Assembly (NCBI GenBank): GCA_964535955.1
Contig: CAZHVK010000006.1
Location: forward strand, 60,179-80,178
Direction: 5' to 3'
Source: an uncultured Methanosarcinales archaeon
Lineage (GTDB): Archaea; Nanobdellota; Nanobdellia; Woesearchaeales; CAXGTL01
DNA length: 20,000 nt
A program made the position numbers and the translations under genes. Below the pieces are notes generated by a model, which was given only the letters and a program-made list of their open reading frames with translations, did no database searches and was not told where the DNA came from. Within the stretch, counting starts at the first letter, position 1. Every line of letters starts with the position of its first letter. This document shows, piece by piece, positions 1 to 9,598 of the stretch.

Positions 1-2
1 AA

Positions 3-704
3 GCAGGAATATTTGCATGGGAAAAAACAAAAGCAGCAAATCAAAAATTAAAAAGTCAAGGTCTAGAACAAATAGAACCAGTCTATATTTCTCCTGAAAA
101 TCTTTTTCAACAAAGTTTTGGTTCACATCCTGAAGAACTTAAAACAATAGTACAAAAATCAAGAAAAGAAATGGTAAATAGATTAGTAGAAGGACCAAAA
201 AAAATGAATAGGGATGAAGCAGTAAAATTAGCAGAAAAACATATTGTAGGAACATTTGATATTGGACATGCACATATGTGGAAAAAATATTATGGTGGCA
301 AAGATGAAGATTTTAACAAATGGCTAATCAACCAAGCAAAAGACTTAATAAAACAAGGGATTATTAAACACATCCACATAAGTGACAACCTTGGTTATCA
401 TGACGAACATCTAAAGATTGGTGATGGAACAGCACCAATCAAAGAATTAATAAGAGAAGTTGAAAAAGCAGGATTAAAAGAAGTTATTATTGAACCTGGT
501 TCAACAAATGTCCAGACTATCTGGCCAGATTCAATGAAAGAACTAGGTTCACCAATATATGCTGCGAGCTCTGGTTATCACAGAGGTTTTGACCAAGTGC
601 ACCAATCATTTGCAGGATATGGAAATCCAACTTATTTCTTAGTAGGTCCAACAGTACCAGATGAAGAACAATGGAAACTCTGGAGTGGTGTTCTGTTAGA
701 GTAA
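3..704 (+). CDS. Xylose isomerase-like / AP-endonuclease-2 TIM-barrel metalloprotein, 5'-truncated by the window edge
   Basis: The frame is open from position 3 (AGIFAWEK...ISPENLF...GSHPEEL) into the 171..704 ORF. Metal-ligand motifs E-N, DIGH, HIHISDN, DEHLxxGDG and IIE are present. Confidence 0.8.
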   Translation, partial: AGIFAWEKTKAANQKLKSQGLEQIEPVYISPENLFQQSFGSHPEELKTIVQKSRKEMVNRLVEGPKKMNRDEAVKLAEKHIVGTFDIGHAHMWKKYYGGKDEDFNKWLINQAKDLIKQGIIKHIHISDNLGYHDEHLKIGDGTAPIKELIREVEKAGLKEVIIEPGSTNVQTIWPDSMKELGSPIYAASSGYHRGFDQVHQSFAGYGNPTYFLVGPTVPDEEQWKLWSGVLLE

Positions 705-835
705 TCAAAAGAATAAGTCTAATATACTACTATATACTTTAAAAACCTATATTACAGTTAAATAATCTTTATATATAGAAAAGTATTTTCTTATATATAT
801 TTTGATATTATATGTAAAATTTCGAGGTGGTAGGA

Positions 836-1774
836 TTGAAACTAAAAAAGTGGATTACAAATCTAATTATTGCTATTATTCTAATCTGGTTGATCTTTTT
901 TGTTGATTGGGGATGTGAAGATAAACTAGACACAATAGAAGAAAACCAAACAGAGGTAACAGGTGGTGCTACACAAGAGCTTGACCAAGAAACAACACAA
1001 GAAAGTCAAAAATGTGAAGAAAAAGATTGCCCTGAATGCGAAGAATGTGAAGACAAAGATTGTCCATCATGTCCAAGCTGTCCTTCATGCCCTGCAACAA
1101 AAACAGTTATTGAAGGTGCTGATGAACTTGCATCAAAATCCTTAGTTGATTTATCAGTCTATGATGATAGAATAATAAATGCAGATGATCAGAACTTTAC
1201 TTATTGGTTACACAACACAAAAGACTATCAAATTAATAATATACATGGAAAATTATTAGTTGAGATTGATGATGATAATGAAGAAATCTTTTTATCAGAT
1301 GTTGGTTTATTAAGCAAAAATCAAAACACATCATTCAAGATACCAGTTAGTCTAGCACCAAGAGATGAAGAATATGAAGCACAACTAACAATATTTTCAG
1401 CAAATAACCAAGGTAAAGAATTTGATGTAGAGTTTAAAGTTTACAATAAAAACCCAGACATAGAAGAATCAGAAGCATTCTGGCTTAACAGTATCATCGG
1501 TTTTTCAGGATATGGATTAACAGATGAAAAAGTAAATCTAACATTGATTAATAATAAAAACTCAGAAATTGCAGTACAATATATAATATTAGATGATGAA
1601 GAATGGTTCTTGAATGAAACAATAGCATCTGGTCAAGAATTTGAATTCCTAAAAGACAAAAAACTTTGCACAGAAAACGAGATATACAGATTACCAATAT
1701 ACATTAACTACACATCAGGTGGGTTTGAATTCGAGATATCAGAAGAACAGAGATTAGTTGGTTATTGTAGGTAA
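836..1774 (+). CDS. Membrane-anchored or secreted acidic protein with a Cys-Pro repeat linker and probable Ig-like beta domains
   Basis: N-terminal hydrophobic helix, then CEEKDCPECEECEDKDCPSCPSCPSCP, and several N-x-S/T sequons. SD GAGGTG at 824-829 favours the TTG at 836 over the GTG at 827. Confidence 0.7.
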   Translation: MKLKKWITNLIIAIILIWLIFFVDWGCEDKLDTIEENQTEVTGGATQELDQETTQESQKCEEKDCPECEECEDKDCPSCPSCPSCPATKTVIEGADELASKSLVDLSVYDDRIINADDQNFTYWLHNTKDYQINNIHGKLLVEIDDDNEEIFLSDVGLLSKNQNTSFKIPVSLAPRDEEYEAQLTIFSANNQGKEFDVEFKVYNKNPDIEESEAFWLNSIIGFSGYGLTDEKVNLTLINNKNSEIAVQYIILDDEEWFLNETIASGQEFEFLKDKKLCTENEIYRLPIYINYTSGGFEFEISEEQRLVGYCR

Positions 1775-1775
1775 G

Positions 1776-1835
1776 TAGGTTTAAATTACCTATTTTTATT
1801 TTTTTATTATGTTTTGATTTTTTATTTTTTTATTT
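1776..1835 (+). terminator. Short hairpin followed by a long oligo-T tract
   Basis: TAGGT (1776-1780) pairs with ACCTA (1788-1792), followed by T-runs directly after the stop at 1774. Confidence 0.45.
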
Positions 1836-1933
1836 ATCATATGTTGCCGATTTATAAAATTTAAACAGTATGTGCATAGCTCCAACTTTAAACAACAACC
1901 TTTATAAATCCACAAACCAATAACAATAATATC

Positions 1934-2698
1934 ATGAAAAAAGAGGTATCATATTTAGAAATAAAATTCATTAACCTATCTTTAGGTAAAAGAATAAGAT
2001 ATTCTATTATTGCAAGTTTTCTAATAAGTATCATGCTTATGATTATATTTAATTTCCACAACAATCTTTCTTATGCAAGAAAGTTTCTAATAATCAGTAT
2101 AATAATATCCTTTATCATCATATACTTATTCATAAGTTCTAAATTTGCAAGAGCAAATATTTATGAAAAAAAGAAATCAAGGTTTAAAATAATAAAAACA
2201 ATAAGATTTACATTAAAAGACATGCACAAATTACCATGCTATCTGATAATCATATTACTATCATTTTATACTATTTTCCTAATATTTTTTATGTTCATTA
2301 GATTTTCAATATTTAACCTATACTTAGTGTTAATATTTCTGTTCATGACAATAATTTATTACATATTGTTCTTCAGAAATAAATTTGGTTATTATATATG
2401 TAAAAAAGGCCTGATTGTTAAAGGTATTAATCTGCCAAAGCTTTATACATGGAATAGCATAAGTAAATACAAGATAAATAACAAAATATTACAAATATGT
2501 TTTAAAAAAACAAATTACTGTATAACTTTGCCTTATAAAAAGGGTATTGAAAAGTACTTAAAAAAACATATTAAAAAGAATACAAATAAAAAAGCTATAA
2601 AAAAGAAAAAATCAAGAAAAACAAATAGAAAACTAAAAAAGAGAAAACCAAACACAACAAAACACAAAAAAAACATAAAAAAACATAAAAAAACATAA
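1934..2698 (+). CDS. Four-TM membrane protein with a C-terminal PH-like domain and Lys-rich tail
   Basis: Four hydrophobic segments and a GYYICKKGLIVKG...YTWNSISKYKI pattern typical of small PH-like domains. TATA TTTATAAA at 1901-1908 lies 33 nt before the ATG. Confidence 0.65.
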   Translation: MKKEVSYLEIKFINLSLGKRIRYSIIASFLISIMLMIIFNFHNNLSYARKFLIISIIISFIIIYLFISSKFARANIYEKKKSRFKIIKTIRFTLKDMHKLPCYLIIILLSFYTIFLIFFMFIRFSIFNLYLVLIFLFMTIIYYILFFRNKFGYYICKKGLIVKGINLPKLYTWNSISKYKINNKILQICFKKTNYCITLPYKKGIEKYLKKHIKKNTNKKAIKKKKSRKTNRKLKKRKPNTTKHKKNIKKHKKT

Positions 2699-2700
2699 AA
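2671..2700 (+). repeat. 10-bp tandem repeat AAACATAAAA x3 overlapping the stop codon
   Basis: Read directly from the sequence. Confidence 0.85.
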
Positions 2701-2714
2701 AGAATAAAAAAGAA

Positions 2715-3131
2715 TTATTCTGAAATAACAACTCCTCTTACTTGTTCAAATCCTTCCAAACCTTCTGTTATTTGGAATCTTCCTTTCATATCAGACACAA
2801 ATTCAATTTTTACTTCTCTGCCTTCAGGAACTTCTTCATTAATTCCAAATCCTTTTAATCTAAAATTAGTATCTGAGGTCCCAGCATTTCTAATTCTAAA
2901 TAAAACAACATCGCCTTTTTCAAGCTCAATATAAGAAGGATACCATTCATCTTCAAACATAATTATCTTAACTACTTTTTGATCATTTTCCATGTTAAGT
3001 TCGTCAGTATCTGTATCAGAATCAACAATCCTTAATCTTCCACCTGTCTTATTTTCACAACTAGTTAACATAAATATACTAACCAATATAGAAATTACAA
3101 CCAAAAACATTATTATTCTCACAATCTTCAT
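2715..3131 (-). CDS. Cupredoxin-like (EfeO/Cupredoxin_1-type) lipoprotein
   Basis: Signal peptide ending in the lipobox LTSC, and the pattern WYPSYIELEKGDVVLFRIRN...NFRLKGFGINEEVPEG...IEFVSDMKG. SD GGGGG precedes the ATG at 3131. Confidence 0.7.
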   Translation of the reverse strand: MKIVRIIMFLVVISILVSIFMLTSCENKTGGRLRIVDSDTDTDELNMENDQKVVKIIMFEDEWYPSYIELEKGDVVLFRIRNAGTSDTNFRLKGFGINEEVPEGREVKIEFVSDMKGRFQITEGLEGFEQVRGVVISE

Positions 3132-3240
3132 CTTAAAATCCCCCAATTCAATTAATATATAAGTCTAAGAACCTCTTTTACTATGGGGGGTAGGGTTTTG
3201 TCATTTAAATACTTTTCTATTATTTATTGCTTATTTTTTC

Positions 3241-3328
3241 TTTTTTTTTCCTTTGTTTTTACTTTTTTTTTCCTTTGTTTTTACTTTTTTTTTCCTTTGT
3301 TTTTACTTTTTTTTTCCTTTGTTTTTAC
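3241..3328. repeat. 22-bp perfect tandem repeat (T9-CCTTTGTTTTTAC) x4
   Basis: Copies at 3241-3262, 3263-3284, 3285-3306 and 3307-3328. The array contains the stop codon of the 3281..3874 ORF. Confidence 0.9.
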
Positions 3329-3874
3329 TTTTATTTTAGTTTTTACTTTTGTCTTACCCTTGTTCTGTATTTTTTTCTTACTTTTGTTTTTTACTTTACT
3401 CTTAACCAGACTTTTTTTTCTTTTTATCATTGTGTGTTGCTTTTTACCTTTAAAATATTTATGATAAACAATATAAACAATTATTCCAATCAACACCAAT
3501 GCACCAAACACAATTAAAAAATAATTTTCAGCAGTTTCTGAAGGATGTTCTATTGAAAGTTTATCAGAAACAGTCAATCCTACTTCTTGTTTTGGTTGTT
3601 CAAAATTCGTTCTTGACTGTTTTTCTTCTTTTGTTAATCTTTCTATCCCTGAGCATTCAATTTGTTTTCCACAAATACCATGTGATTCTTCATAAAAAAA
3701 ACAACACAATTCAGTACTTTCACAATCAGAATTATCATCACAGAATCCCTGTTTAAAATCAAACATATGCAGACCTGTAATTCCTCCACCTATAAAGAAC
3801 AAACCTATTACTACAATAATTGCAATGATTTCAATATGATGATGATAATGAAGATACTCTCTTTTTTTATTCAT
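3281..3874 (-). CDS. Two-TM membrane protein with a Cys-rich loop and Lys-rich tail
   Basis: TM helix, then a GGITG motif, then CDDNSDCESTELCC...GICGKQIEC, then a second TM. TATA at 3898-3905 lies 31 nt upstream of the ATG. Confidence 0.7.
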   Translation of the reverse strand: MNKKREYLHYHHHIEIIAIIVVIGLFFIGGGITGLHMFDFKQGFCDDNSDCESTELCCFFYEESHGICGKQIECSGIERLTKEEKQSRTNFEQPKQEVGLTVSDKLSIEHPSETAENYFLIVFGALVLIGIIVYIVYHKYFKGKKQHTMIKRKKSLVKSKVKNKSKKKIQNKGKTKVKTKIKVKTKEKKSKNKGKKK

Positions 3875-3935
3875 AATGTGTATTTATAGAATTATAGTAT
3901 ATAAATGTTACTCTTCAATTTATATTATCCTAGTC

Positions 3936-4709
3936 TCATTTTCCAAATTCCTTAGTCCTCTTAACTTCAACACCATTTTCTTCCACCAACTGATCACAAA
4001 GTTCAGTAATCTTTTGCTTATGAGGACCCAATCCTTTCCAATCAATTACTATCAATCTAGATTTGGGCACACTCTTATCAACAGCCTGCAGCAAAAGATC
4101 AATATCTAAATACTCAAGCATATATTTAGGACAACAGTGTCCGATTGCTACATCACTACCTAAGATTACTTTTTTAAAGTTAGGCATTGTATGTAATCCA
4201 CCGATTGCAACAGCACTCACACATTGTCTAGAATTAATTTCATCTGCATTCTTTACCAAATGTTCAACAACCTGAGCAATTATCTTACCAGCCCTAGAAT
4301 CTCTCCATTCTGTTTCAGTTGCGCCAATCTCAATATAAAGAATAGGTTTTTCTAGATAAGGCCCATGATGAGTACACTCTGTAACAACATCATAACCTAT
4401 TGTGTTGAGTTGTTCTAGGTGGAGTAAGGCCTCTTTTAAGAAATTAACAGGCGCAACACACAACTGACAATCACTACCTCCATACTCTGCTTTAGACCAA
4501 TTTCCAGGTGTATGACAAGACAAAGTCTTTACACCACTTCTTCCTTGATGTCTTGTTGCAAATATGAATAAATCAGCATCAATCTCTTTATCAATATTTT
4601 CATGAAATATTGTTTCATCTTCTATTATGTGAACATTATCTAGATGGAGGTGATTAAGAATGTTCATTCCAGCTATGTCTTTTTTTGAGATTATTACGAC
4701 TGTTTTCAT
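3936..4709 (-). CDS. dtdA: D-aminoacyl-tRNA deacylase (archaeal DTD2/GEK1 type)
   Basis: Motifs FATRH, LSCHTPGNW..AEYGG, ECTHHGP, EIG, GGLH, GHCCPKY and DWKG. Confidence 0.93.
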   Translation of the reverse strand: MKTVVIISKKDIAGMNILNHLHLDNVHIIEDETIFHENIDKEIDADLFIFATRHQGRSGVKTLSCHTPGNWSKAEYGGSDCQLCVAPVNFLKEALLHLEQLNTIGYDVVTECTHHGPYLEKPILYIEIGATETEWRDSRAGKIIAQVVEHLVKNADEINSRQCVSAVAIGGLHTMPNFKKVILGSDVAIGHCCPKYMLEYLDIDLLLQAVDKSVPKSRLIVIDWKGLGPHKQKITELCDQLVEENGVEVKRTKEFGK

Positions 4710-4730
4710 ATAAACAAAGAAATAGTAAAC

Positions 4731-5165
4731 TTATTTAAGCTTTTCCACTAAACCATCATCTTTTCTCAAACCAATAGTATACTGAGGATTCTTATAAAAA
4801 GCATTACAATACCCTTTTGCAAATTCTTTTGCAGTAAAATAAAGAATTCCTTGATGCCTTTTAGGGTTTAAACATATTCCAGAATCATCTTCATCATGCA
4901 AAGTATAATTACCTTCACATTTTCTTGACAAAACATCCAAATGTGTTAAATAATCCCAAACTCTATCTTTTAATGTAGGGCCATCATAATCATCCCTATC
5001 TCTAATATTATGAATATGTTCCCAATTGACAACAGCTTTGCCTTTATCAAACTGGACACAGATTTTAAAAAGTGTTTGATCTAATTTCTCAAAAGCAAAA
5101 TCAAACCCACTAAACCTACCCATACCATTAGACACTGCAAAGCCTGGTGTTTTTGTTTGTTCCAT
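4731..5165 (-). CDS. Hypothetical protein
   Basis: Open frame with normal composition from MEQTK at 5165. TATA TTTTTATA at 5188-5195 lies 30 nt upstream. The longer ORF-track start adds only intergenic-looking residues. Confidence 0.65.
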   Translation of the reverse strand: MEQTKTPGFAVSNGMGRFSGFDFAFEKLDQTLFKICVQFDKGKAVVNWEHIHNIRDRDDYDGPTLKDRVWDYLTHLDVLSRKCEGNYTLHDEDDSGICLNPKRHQGILYFTAKEFAKGYCNAFYKNPQYTIGLRKDDGLVEKLK

Positions 5166-5240
5166 AATAAAAAGAAAAACATCAACATATAAAAATATTT
5201 GTGTTATTAAAGATATAAAAAAAACAAGAATCAAATTCCA

Positions 5241-5480
5241 TTATTTTATCCTATCACAAATATATTTAGAAGCAACATCTTCATGTTCAGAATTATCATA
5301 TAACAAGTTAGAAATATAGTCTTCAACATCTTCTAAAGGCCCTTTCACAGGATCCATCACAGGTGTCAATGTATCAGGGATATTAGGAAGTTTATTTGTA
5401 TCTTTTAATCCATATAAATTACCATCACCATCTTTTACAATGATTCCTATTGTATAATCATCTTGTTCTTTGTCAGACAC
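5241..5480 (-). CDS. Small acidic hypothetical protein
   Basis: GTG start preceded by SD AGGTGA; 79 aa. Confidence 0.65.
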   Translation of the reverse strand: MSDKEQDDYTIGIIVKDGDGNLYGLKDTNKLPNIPDTLTPVMDPVKGPLEDVEDYISNLLYDNSEHEDVASKYICDRIK

Positions 5481-5496
5481 TTATTTCACCTATTTT

Positions 5497-5856
5497 TTAT
5501 AACCATTTATGAAGATCAACTAATTCTTTAACATCATTAATAATTTTTTTATTATTTAATAATCTTTCTAATTCCCACTTATCATTTTGTTCTGGTTTTT
5601 TAGTATATCTCTTAAAGCTATAACTCCCAGGACTTTCTAAAGAAGCACAACCATCTGTTAACTGAACATAAATATTAGAATCAATCTTCTGAACATACAA
5701 ATCATGAATAATTGTTCTTGCAACATGTTCTAATTTTTTATGCAATATTCCTGGATGTTTTTCTTTCATAATCAATTCATAACTATAATTCTCAAACTCA
5801 TTATTTTCCATAGAATGCCAAGCATACAGTTCAATGCAAATGTTTGTTTTTGTCAT
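5497..5856 (-). CDS. Hypothetical protein
   Basis: ATG preceded by SD AGGTGA; 119 aa; tightly packed with its neighbours. Confidence 0.7.
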   Translation of the reverse strand: MTKTNICIELYAWHSMENNEFENYSYELIMKEKHPGILHKKLEHVARTIIHDLYVQKIDSNIYVQLTDGCASLESPGSYSFKRYTKKPEQNDKWELERLLNNKKIINDVKELVDLHKWL

Positions 5857-5880
5857 TTTTCACCTTCTAATAAATGGATC

Positions 5881-6171
5881 TCATCTCATTGTCAATATAT
5901 ATAAATGTGCTGATACTCCCACATCTCCCATACCTGAAACCACAACACGATCTATGGTTTTGTCAAATAAAACATAATCTTCCCAAAACCTTTGTTTTTT
6001 TGCAGCACTCCTTACAATATCATACTCACCTCTTCTATAAGTAACACCAAGTATTGGTTTACCAACAGGCTTAACAACATTTGGATATTCAATTAATTTT
6101 CCAGTTTCAACAAACCTATACTTCTTTTTCTCTTCATCAAAAACAATCTCTCTTAATTTTTTATTTGGCAT
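5881..6171 (-). CDS. Hypothetical protein
   Basis: SD GGAGG abuts the thermosome stop; 96 aa. Confidence 0.7.
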   Translation of the reverse strand: MPNKKLREIVFDEEKKKYRFVETGKLIEYPNVVKPVGKPILGVTYRRGEYDIVRSAAKKQRFWEDYVLFDKTIDRVVVSGMGDVGVSAHLYILTMR

Positions 6172-6183
6172 TTTTCATTCCTC

Positions 6184-7821
6184 CTAATACATCCCCTGCC
6201 CTGGCATTCCACCCATTCCACCAGGCATGCCTTGTGGTGCTGCACCTTCTTTTGAACTTCCACCAGCAATAACATCATCAATTCTAAGTATCATTACAGC
6301 AACCTCTGATGCAGACGAAATAGCCTGTGTCTTTATCTTCAAAGGTTCAATCACACCAGCTTGCCAAGCATCAACAACTTTACCAGAAAACACATCAATA
6401 CCAGCCCACTTTTGACCCTGATCATGTGCAGCTTTCATCTCAGTCAGAACATCGATTGGATCAAGTCCAGCATTCTCAGCCAAAGTCACAGGAATTATCT
6501 CAAGAGCCTCTGCAAACTTTTGAACAGCAAGTTGCTCCCTACCACTTAAAGAATCTGCAAACCTTCTTATCTCTTTAGAAACCTCAACTTCTGTTGCACC
6601 TGCTCCTGCAACTATTTTGCCATTCTTCATAGCAGCTGCAAGATCACCAACAGCATCATCAAGTGCTCTTTTAATTTCATCTATGACATGTTCTGTTCCA
6701 CCTCTAACAAGAATAGTAACAGCTTTAGGATTCACACATTGTTTAACATAAGTCATTTCTTCATCACCAACCTTCATCTCTTCAACAATTCCTGCATTAC
6801 CAAGATCTTTTTCACCTAAATCTTCTAGATTAGTAACAATTGTTCCGCCAGTAGCACGAACTAATTTTTCCATATCAGATTTCTTTACTCTACGTACAGC
6901 ATAAATACCTTTTTTAGCTAAAAAGTGTTGAGCTAGATCATCAATTCCTTTTTGACAACAAATAACATTTGCACCACTACCAACAACTTTATCAACCATC
7001 TTACGCAACATTGCTTCTTCTTGATCTAAAAAAGCCTGCATCTGCATTGGATCTGTTATTTGTATCTTTGCATCTATCTCTGTATTTTTAATTTCAAGTG
7101 CAGAATCAATCAAAGCAATCCTTGCATTTTCAATCTTTTTAGGCATACCAACATGCACTCTTTCTTTATCAAGAATTATTCCTTCTACTAATTCAGTATC
7201 TTCTACAGATGCACCTGTCTTTTTCTCGATCTTTATATTATCAATATCAAGATCACCATTATCAAAGACATTTGAAACAGCCTTTACTGCAACATCTGCT
7301 AATTTACCTTTAGCATGTTCAGCACCTTTGCCAGTCATTGCTGTAATTGCAATTTTTTTTAATAAATCAATATTATCTCTAGAAACATCTTGTGCAATTG
7401 AATTCAAAACTTCTAATGCTTTTTCAGAAGCCTGCCTATAACCTTTTGCAAGAACAGTTGGATGAACATTTTTTTCTAAAAGTTCTTCTGCTTTCTTAAG
7501 TAATTCACCAGCTATAACAACAGCTGTTGTTGTTCCATCACCAACTTCATCTTCTTGTGTCTTTGCAACTTCAACAATCATCTTTGCTGTTGGATGTTCT
7601 ATCTGCATTTCTTCTAATATTGTCACACCATCATTAGTAACAGTAACATCATTCAAAGAATCAACTATCATCTTATCCATACCTTTTGGTCCTAATGTTG
7701 TTCTAACTGTTTCAGCTACCAATTTAGCAGCCATTATATTTGTTTTTTGAGCCTGTCTACCTTGAGACCTTTGTGTGTCTTGTGGTAAGATGAATATAGG
7801 CTGTACATTATTATTTGTCAT
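6184..7821 (-). CDS. thsA: Thermosome subunit (group II chaperonin)
   Basis: Motifs [34 protein letters not shown] and LAENAGLD, plus a GGM-rich C-terminal tail. Confidence 0.98.
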   Translation of the reverse strand: MTNNNVQPIFILPQDTQRSQGRQAQKTNIMAAKLVAETVRTTLGPKGMDKMIVDSLNDVTVTNDGVTILEEMQIEHPTAKMIVEVAKTQEDEVGDGTTTAVVIAGELLKKAEELLEKNVHPTVLAKGYRQASEKALEVLNSIAQDVSRDNIDLLKKIAITAMTGKGAEHAKGKLADVAVKAVSNVFDNGDLDIDNIKIEKKTGASVEDTELVEGIILDKERVHVGMPKKIENARIALIDSALEIKNTEIDAKIQITDPMQMQAFLDQEEAMLRKMVDKVVGSGANVICCQKGIDDLAQHFLAKKGIYAVRRVKKSDMEKLVRATGGTIVTNLEDLGEKDLGNAGIVEEMKVGDEEMTYVKQCVNPKAVTILVRGGTEHVIDEIKRALDDAVGDLAAAMKNGKIVAGAGATEVEVSKEIRRFADSLSGREQLAVQKFAEALEIIPVTLAENAGLDPIDVLTEMKAAHDQGQKWAGIDVFSGKVVDAWQAGVIEPLKIKTQAISSASEVAVMILRIDDVIAGGSSKEGAAPQGMPGGMGGMPGQGMY

Positions 7822-7946
7822 ATTATCATTCCCCCTTAATTTTAAGTAAAATTAGCCTTAATTAATGTGTTTGGGAATTTCTTCCTATATATAAAGATTG
7901 CTGTTTATCCAATCACTATTTCTTTCAAAACAAAATACAACAAGAA

Positions 7947-8051
7947 CTATCTCTTCATCCTTCTTCTTTTTCTTTCTTTCTTGATCTTCTTACGTTGCCA
8001 CTTCCAACGCATTTGCTTTCTCTTCTTCCATCTTCTAGAGCTTCTTTTCAT
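7947..8051 (-). CDS. rpl41e: Ribosomal protein L41e (eL41/eS32)
   Basis: Manual translation gives MKRSSRRWKKRKQMRWKWQRKKIKKERKRRRMKR* (34 aa) with the MRWKW-KK signature. TATA TTTATAAA at 8076-8083 lies 32 nt upstream. Too short to appear in the ORF track. Confidence 0.9.
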   Translation of the reverse strand: MKRSSRRWKKRKQMRWKWQRKKIKKERKRRRMKR

Positions 8052-8150
8052 TATTATATAAAGAAATAGAATCTATTTATAAAAGTATCGTGAAACAATG
8101 CTTTTATACTTAAAAATCTATTGATTTTTATTGTATAAATATATGTGTTT

Positions 8151-9572
8151 TTACAAAACACTCTCTTCCATAGAACTCTGACTCAACAAATCCTTTGCAG
8201 CAATTATCAATTCAGCTTCATGTTCTGTAGGAACAACAGCACCTGATGCAAACTGGTGCCCACCTGCCTCTCCTTTAACCCTATCAACAATATTCTTCAT
8301 AATCTCTCGCAGATCAAGATTAGGATCTCTTTTTGTTCCAGAAACTCGCAAAGAAATCTTAGTAGTGCCATCATCATTCCTAGCTAAAGACATTATAAAC
8401 ATACCATCAAGAACATCATTTGAATGAGAAATAATAGAAGCCAAAGTTCCAATTATCTGTGGCCTAATATGCTCACCAGCATTAATAATCATATATCCTT
8501 TACCTTTTTTAACAAACAATTCAATATCTTTATGTTCATTATACCATCTTAATGCTTCCATTAACTCAACTTTATAATCCTGCTGACTAATGATTGCCTT
8601 TTTAGTTATATTTTCATCACCTAAACAAGTACCAATACCTAAAGATGCTTTTCCCATTCTGCCGCAAGAATTTAATAATGTTGAAAACTCTCGTGCATCC
8701 CTAGTAGGTGAATATTTCCCACTCTTATTAATAATATAAAGAGGTCCAATAATATCTTCTGGCTTTGTTTCAGACACTCTCCTCATAACAATACCTGTAA
8801 CTAATCTGCTTACTTCTTCTTCAGCAAGATCACCAAGCCTTCTCCATTCATTTCCATTTTTAGGACTAATGTCTAATGTCTGCAAAAATTGTATTGCACC
8901 AGACTCTGAACCAGAGACACCAGGTATAAAGATATCAGTACTATATTGCAGTACCCTGTGCAAAGGTTTTGTATTAGCACCAAAAAATTTCAAACCTTTT
9001 TTCACAGTAATTAAATTATTTCCAACAGCTGTATCTAATATTTCTTTATTTAATTTTTTAAATCCATTCTTTTCCTGAAGATCACCTATTGCACCAACAA
9101 TAGCAACATGTGCTAAAGATTCCACATCTTTATTACATTCTCTTGCAAATAGATAAACAACTCCTGCACCACTTATCTCATCTGTTCCATTTATACCAAA
9201 CTGGTGAGGATTAACATGAAAAATTCCATCTAACAAAATATCAACTTTCTGAGGTTCGTGATGGTCCAGGATAAGAACTTTGTTTCCACCAAAAAGATTA
9301 TTAATATGTTCTAATTGACCACTTCCAAGGTCTGTAAAGATATAATATCCATAATTTTCTTCAGCAATTTCTTTTAGAGCAGGTTTTGTAAGCTGTTGAA
9401 TAATTGAAACAACATATTTTCTATTCTCTATATTCAACAATTTTATTAAAATAGACGCAGCACTAATTCCATCAGCATCTAGATGAGATACAATCCTTAT
9501 TGGTTTTGTTTTATCAAATTTATAAAAAAAACCCTTTGCTTTTTTTACTTTTTCTATAAAATCATCATACAT
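8151..9572 (-). CDS. recJ: RecJ-like DHH/DHHA1 phosphoesterase (rps15-linked archaeal RecJ/GAN family)
   Basis: Motifs HLDADG, FTDLG, LDHH, GAIGD, NSCGR, SLR and GGHxxASG, with known synteny next to rps15. SD AGGTGG favours the ATG at 9572 over the GTG at 9581. Confidence 0.92.
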   Translation of the reverse strand: MYDDFIEKVKKAKGFFYKFDKTKPIRIVSHLDADGISAASILIKLLNIENRKYVVSIIQQLTKPALKEIAEENYGYYIFTDLGSGQLEHINNLFGGNKVLILDHHEPQKVDILLDGIFHVNPHQFGINGTDEISGAGVVYLFARECNKDVESLAHVAIVGAIGDLQEKNGFKKLNKEILDTAVGNNLITVKKGLKFFGANTKPLHRVLQYSTDIFIPGVSGSESGAIQFLQTLDISPKNGNEWRRLGDLAEEEVSRLVTGIVMRRVSETKPEDIIGPLYIINKSGKYSPTRDAREFSTLLNSCGRMGKASLGIGTCLGDENITKKAIISQQDYKVELMEALRWYNEHKDIELFVKKGKGYMIINAGEHIRPQIIGTLASIISHSNDVLDGMFIMSLARNDDGTTKISLRVSGTKRDPNLDLREIMKNIVDRVKGEAGGHQFASGAVVPTEHEAELIIAAKDLLSQSSMEESVL

Positions 9573-9598
9573 AAAATCCACCTAAAATCTAGTAAAGG

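Noticed and set aside
3241..3328. CRISPR array
   Set aside because: The repeats are head-to-tail with no spacers and are low complexity, and there are no cas genes in the window.
3183..3517. Phe-rich ORFs 3183..3464 and 3227..3517
   Set aside because: They are antisense shadows of a poly-T repeat and a Lys-rich tail.
6081..6578. Short ORFs antisense to, or nested within, real genes (also 517..708, 963..1145, 3499..3756, 3876..4275, 7867..8061, 8869..9078, 10824..11510, 12839..13252, 13958..14167, 14393..15262, 16139..16531, 17312..17500, 18506..18697, 19035..19805)
   Set aside because: They overlap well-supported genes and have no motifs or initiation signals of their own.
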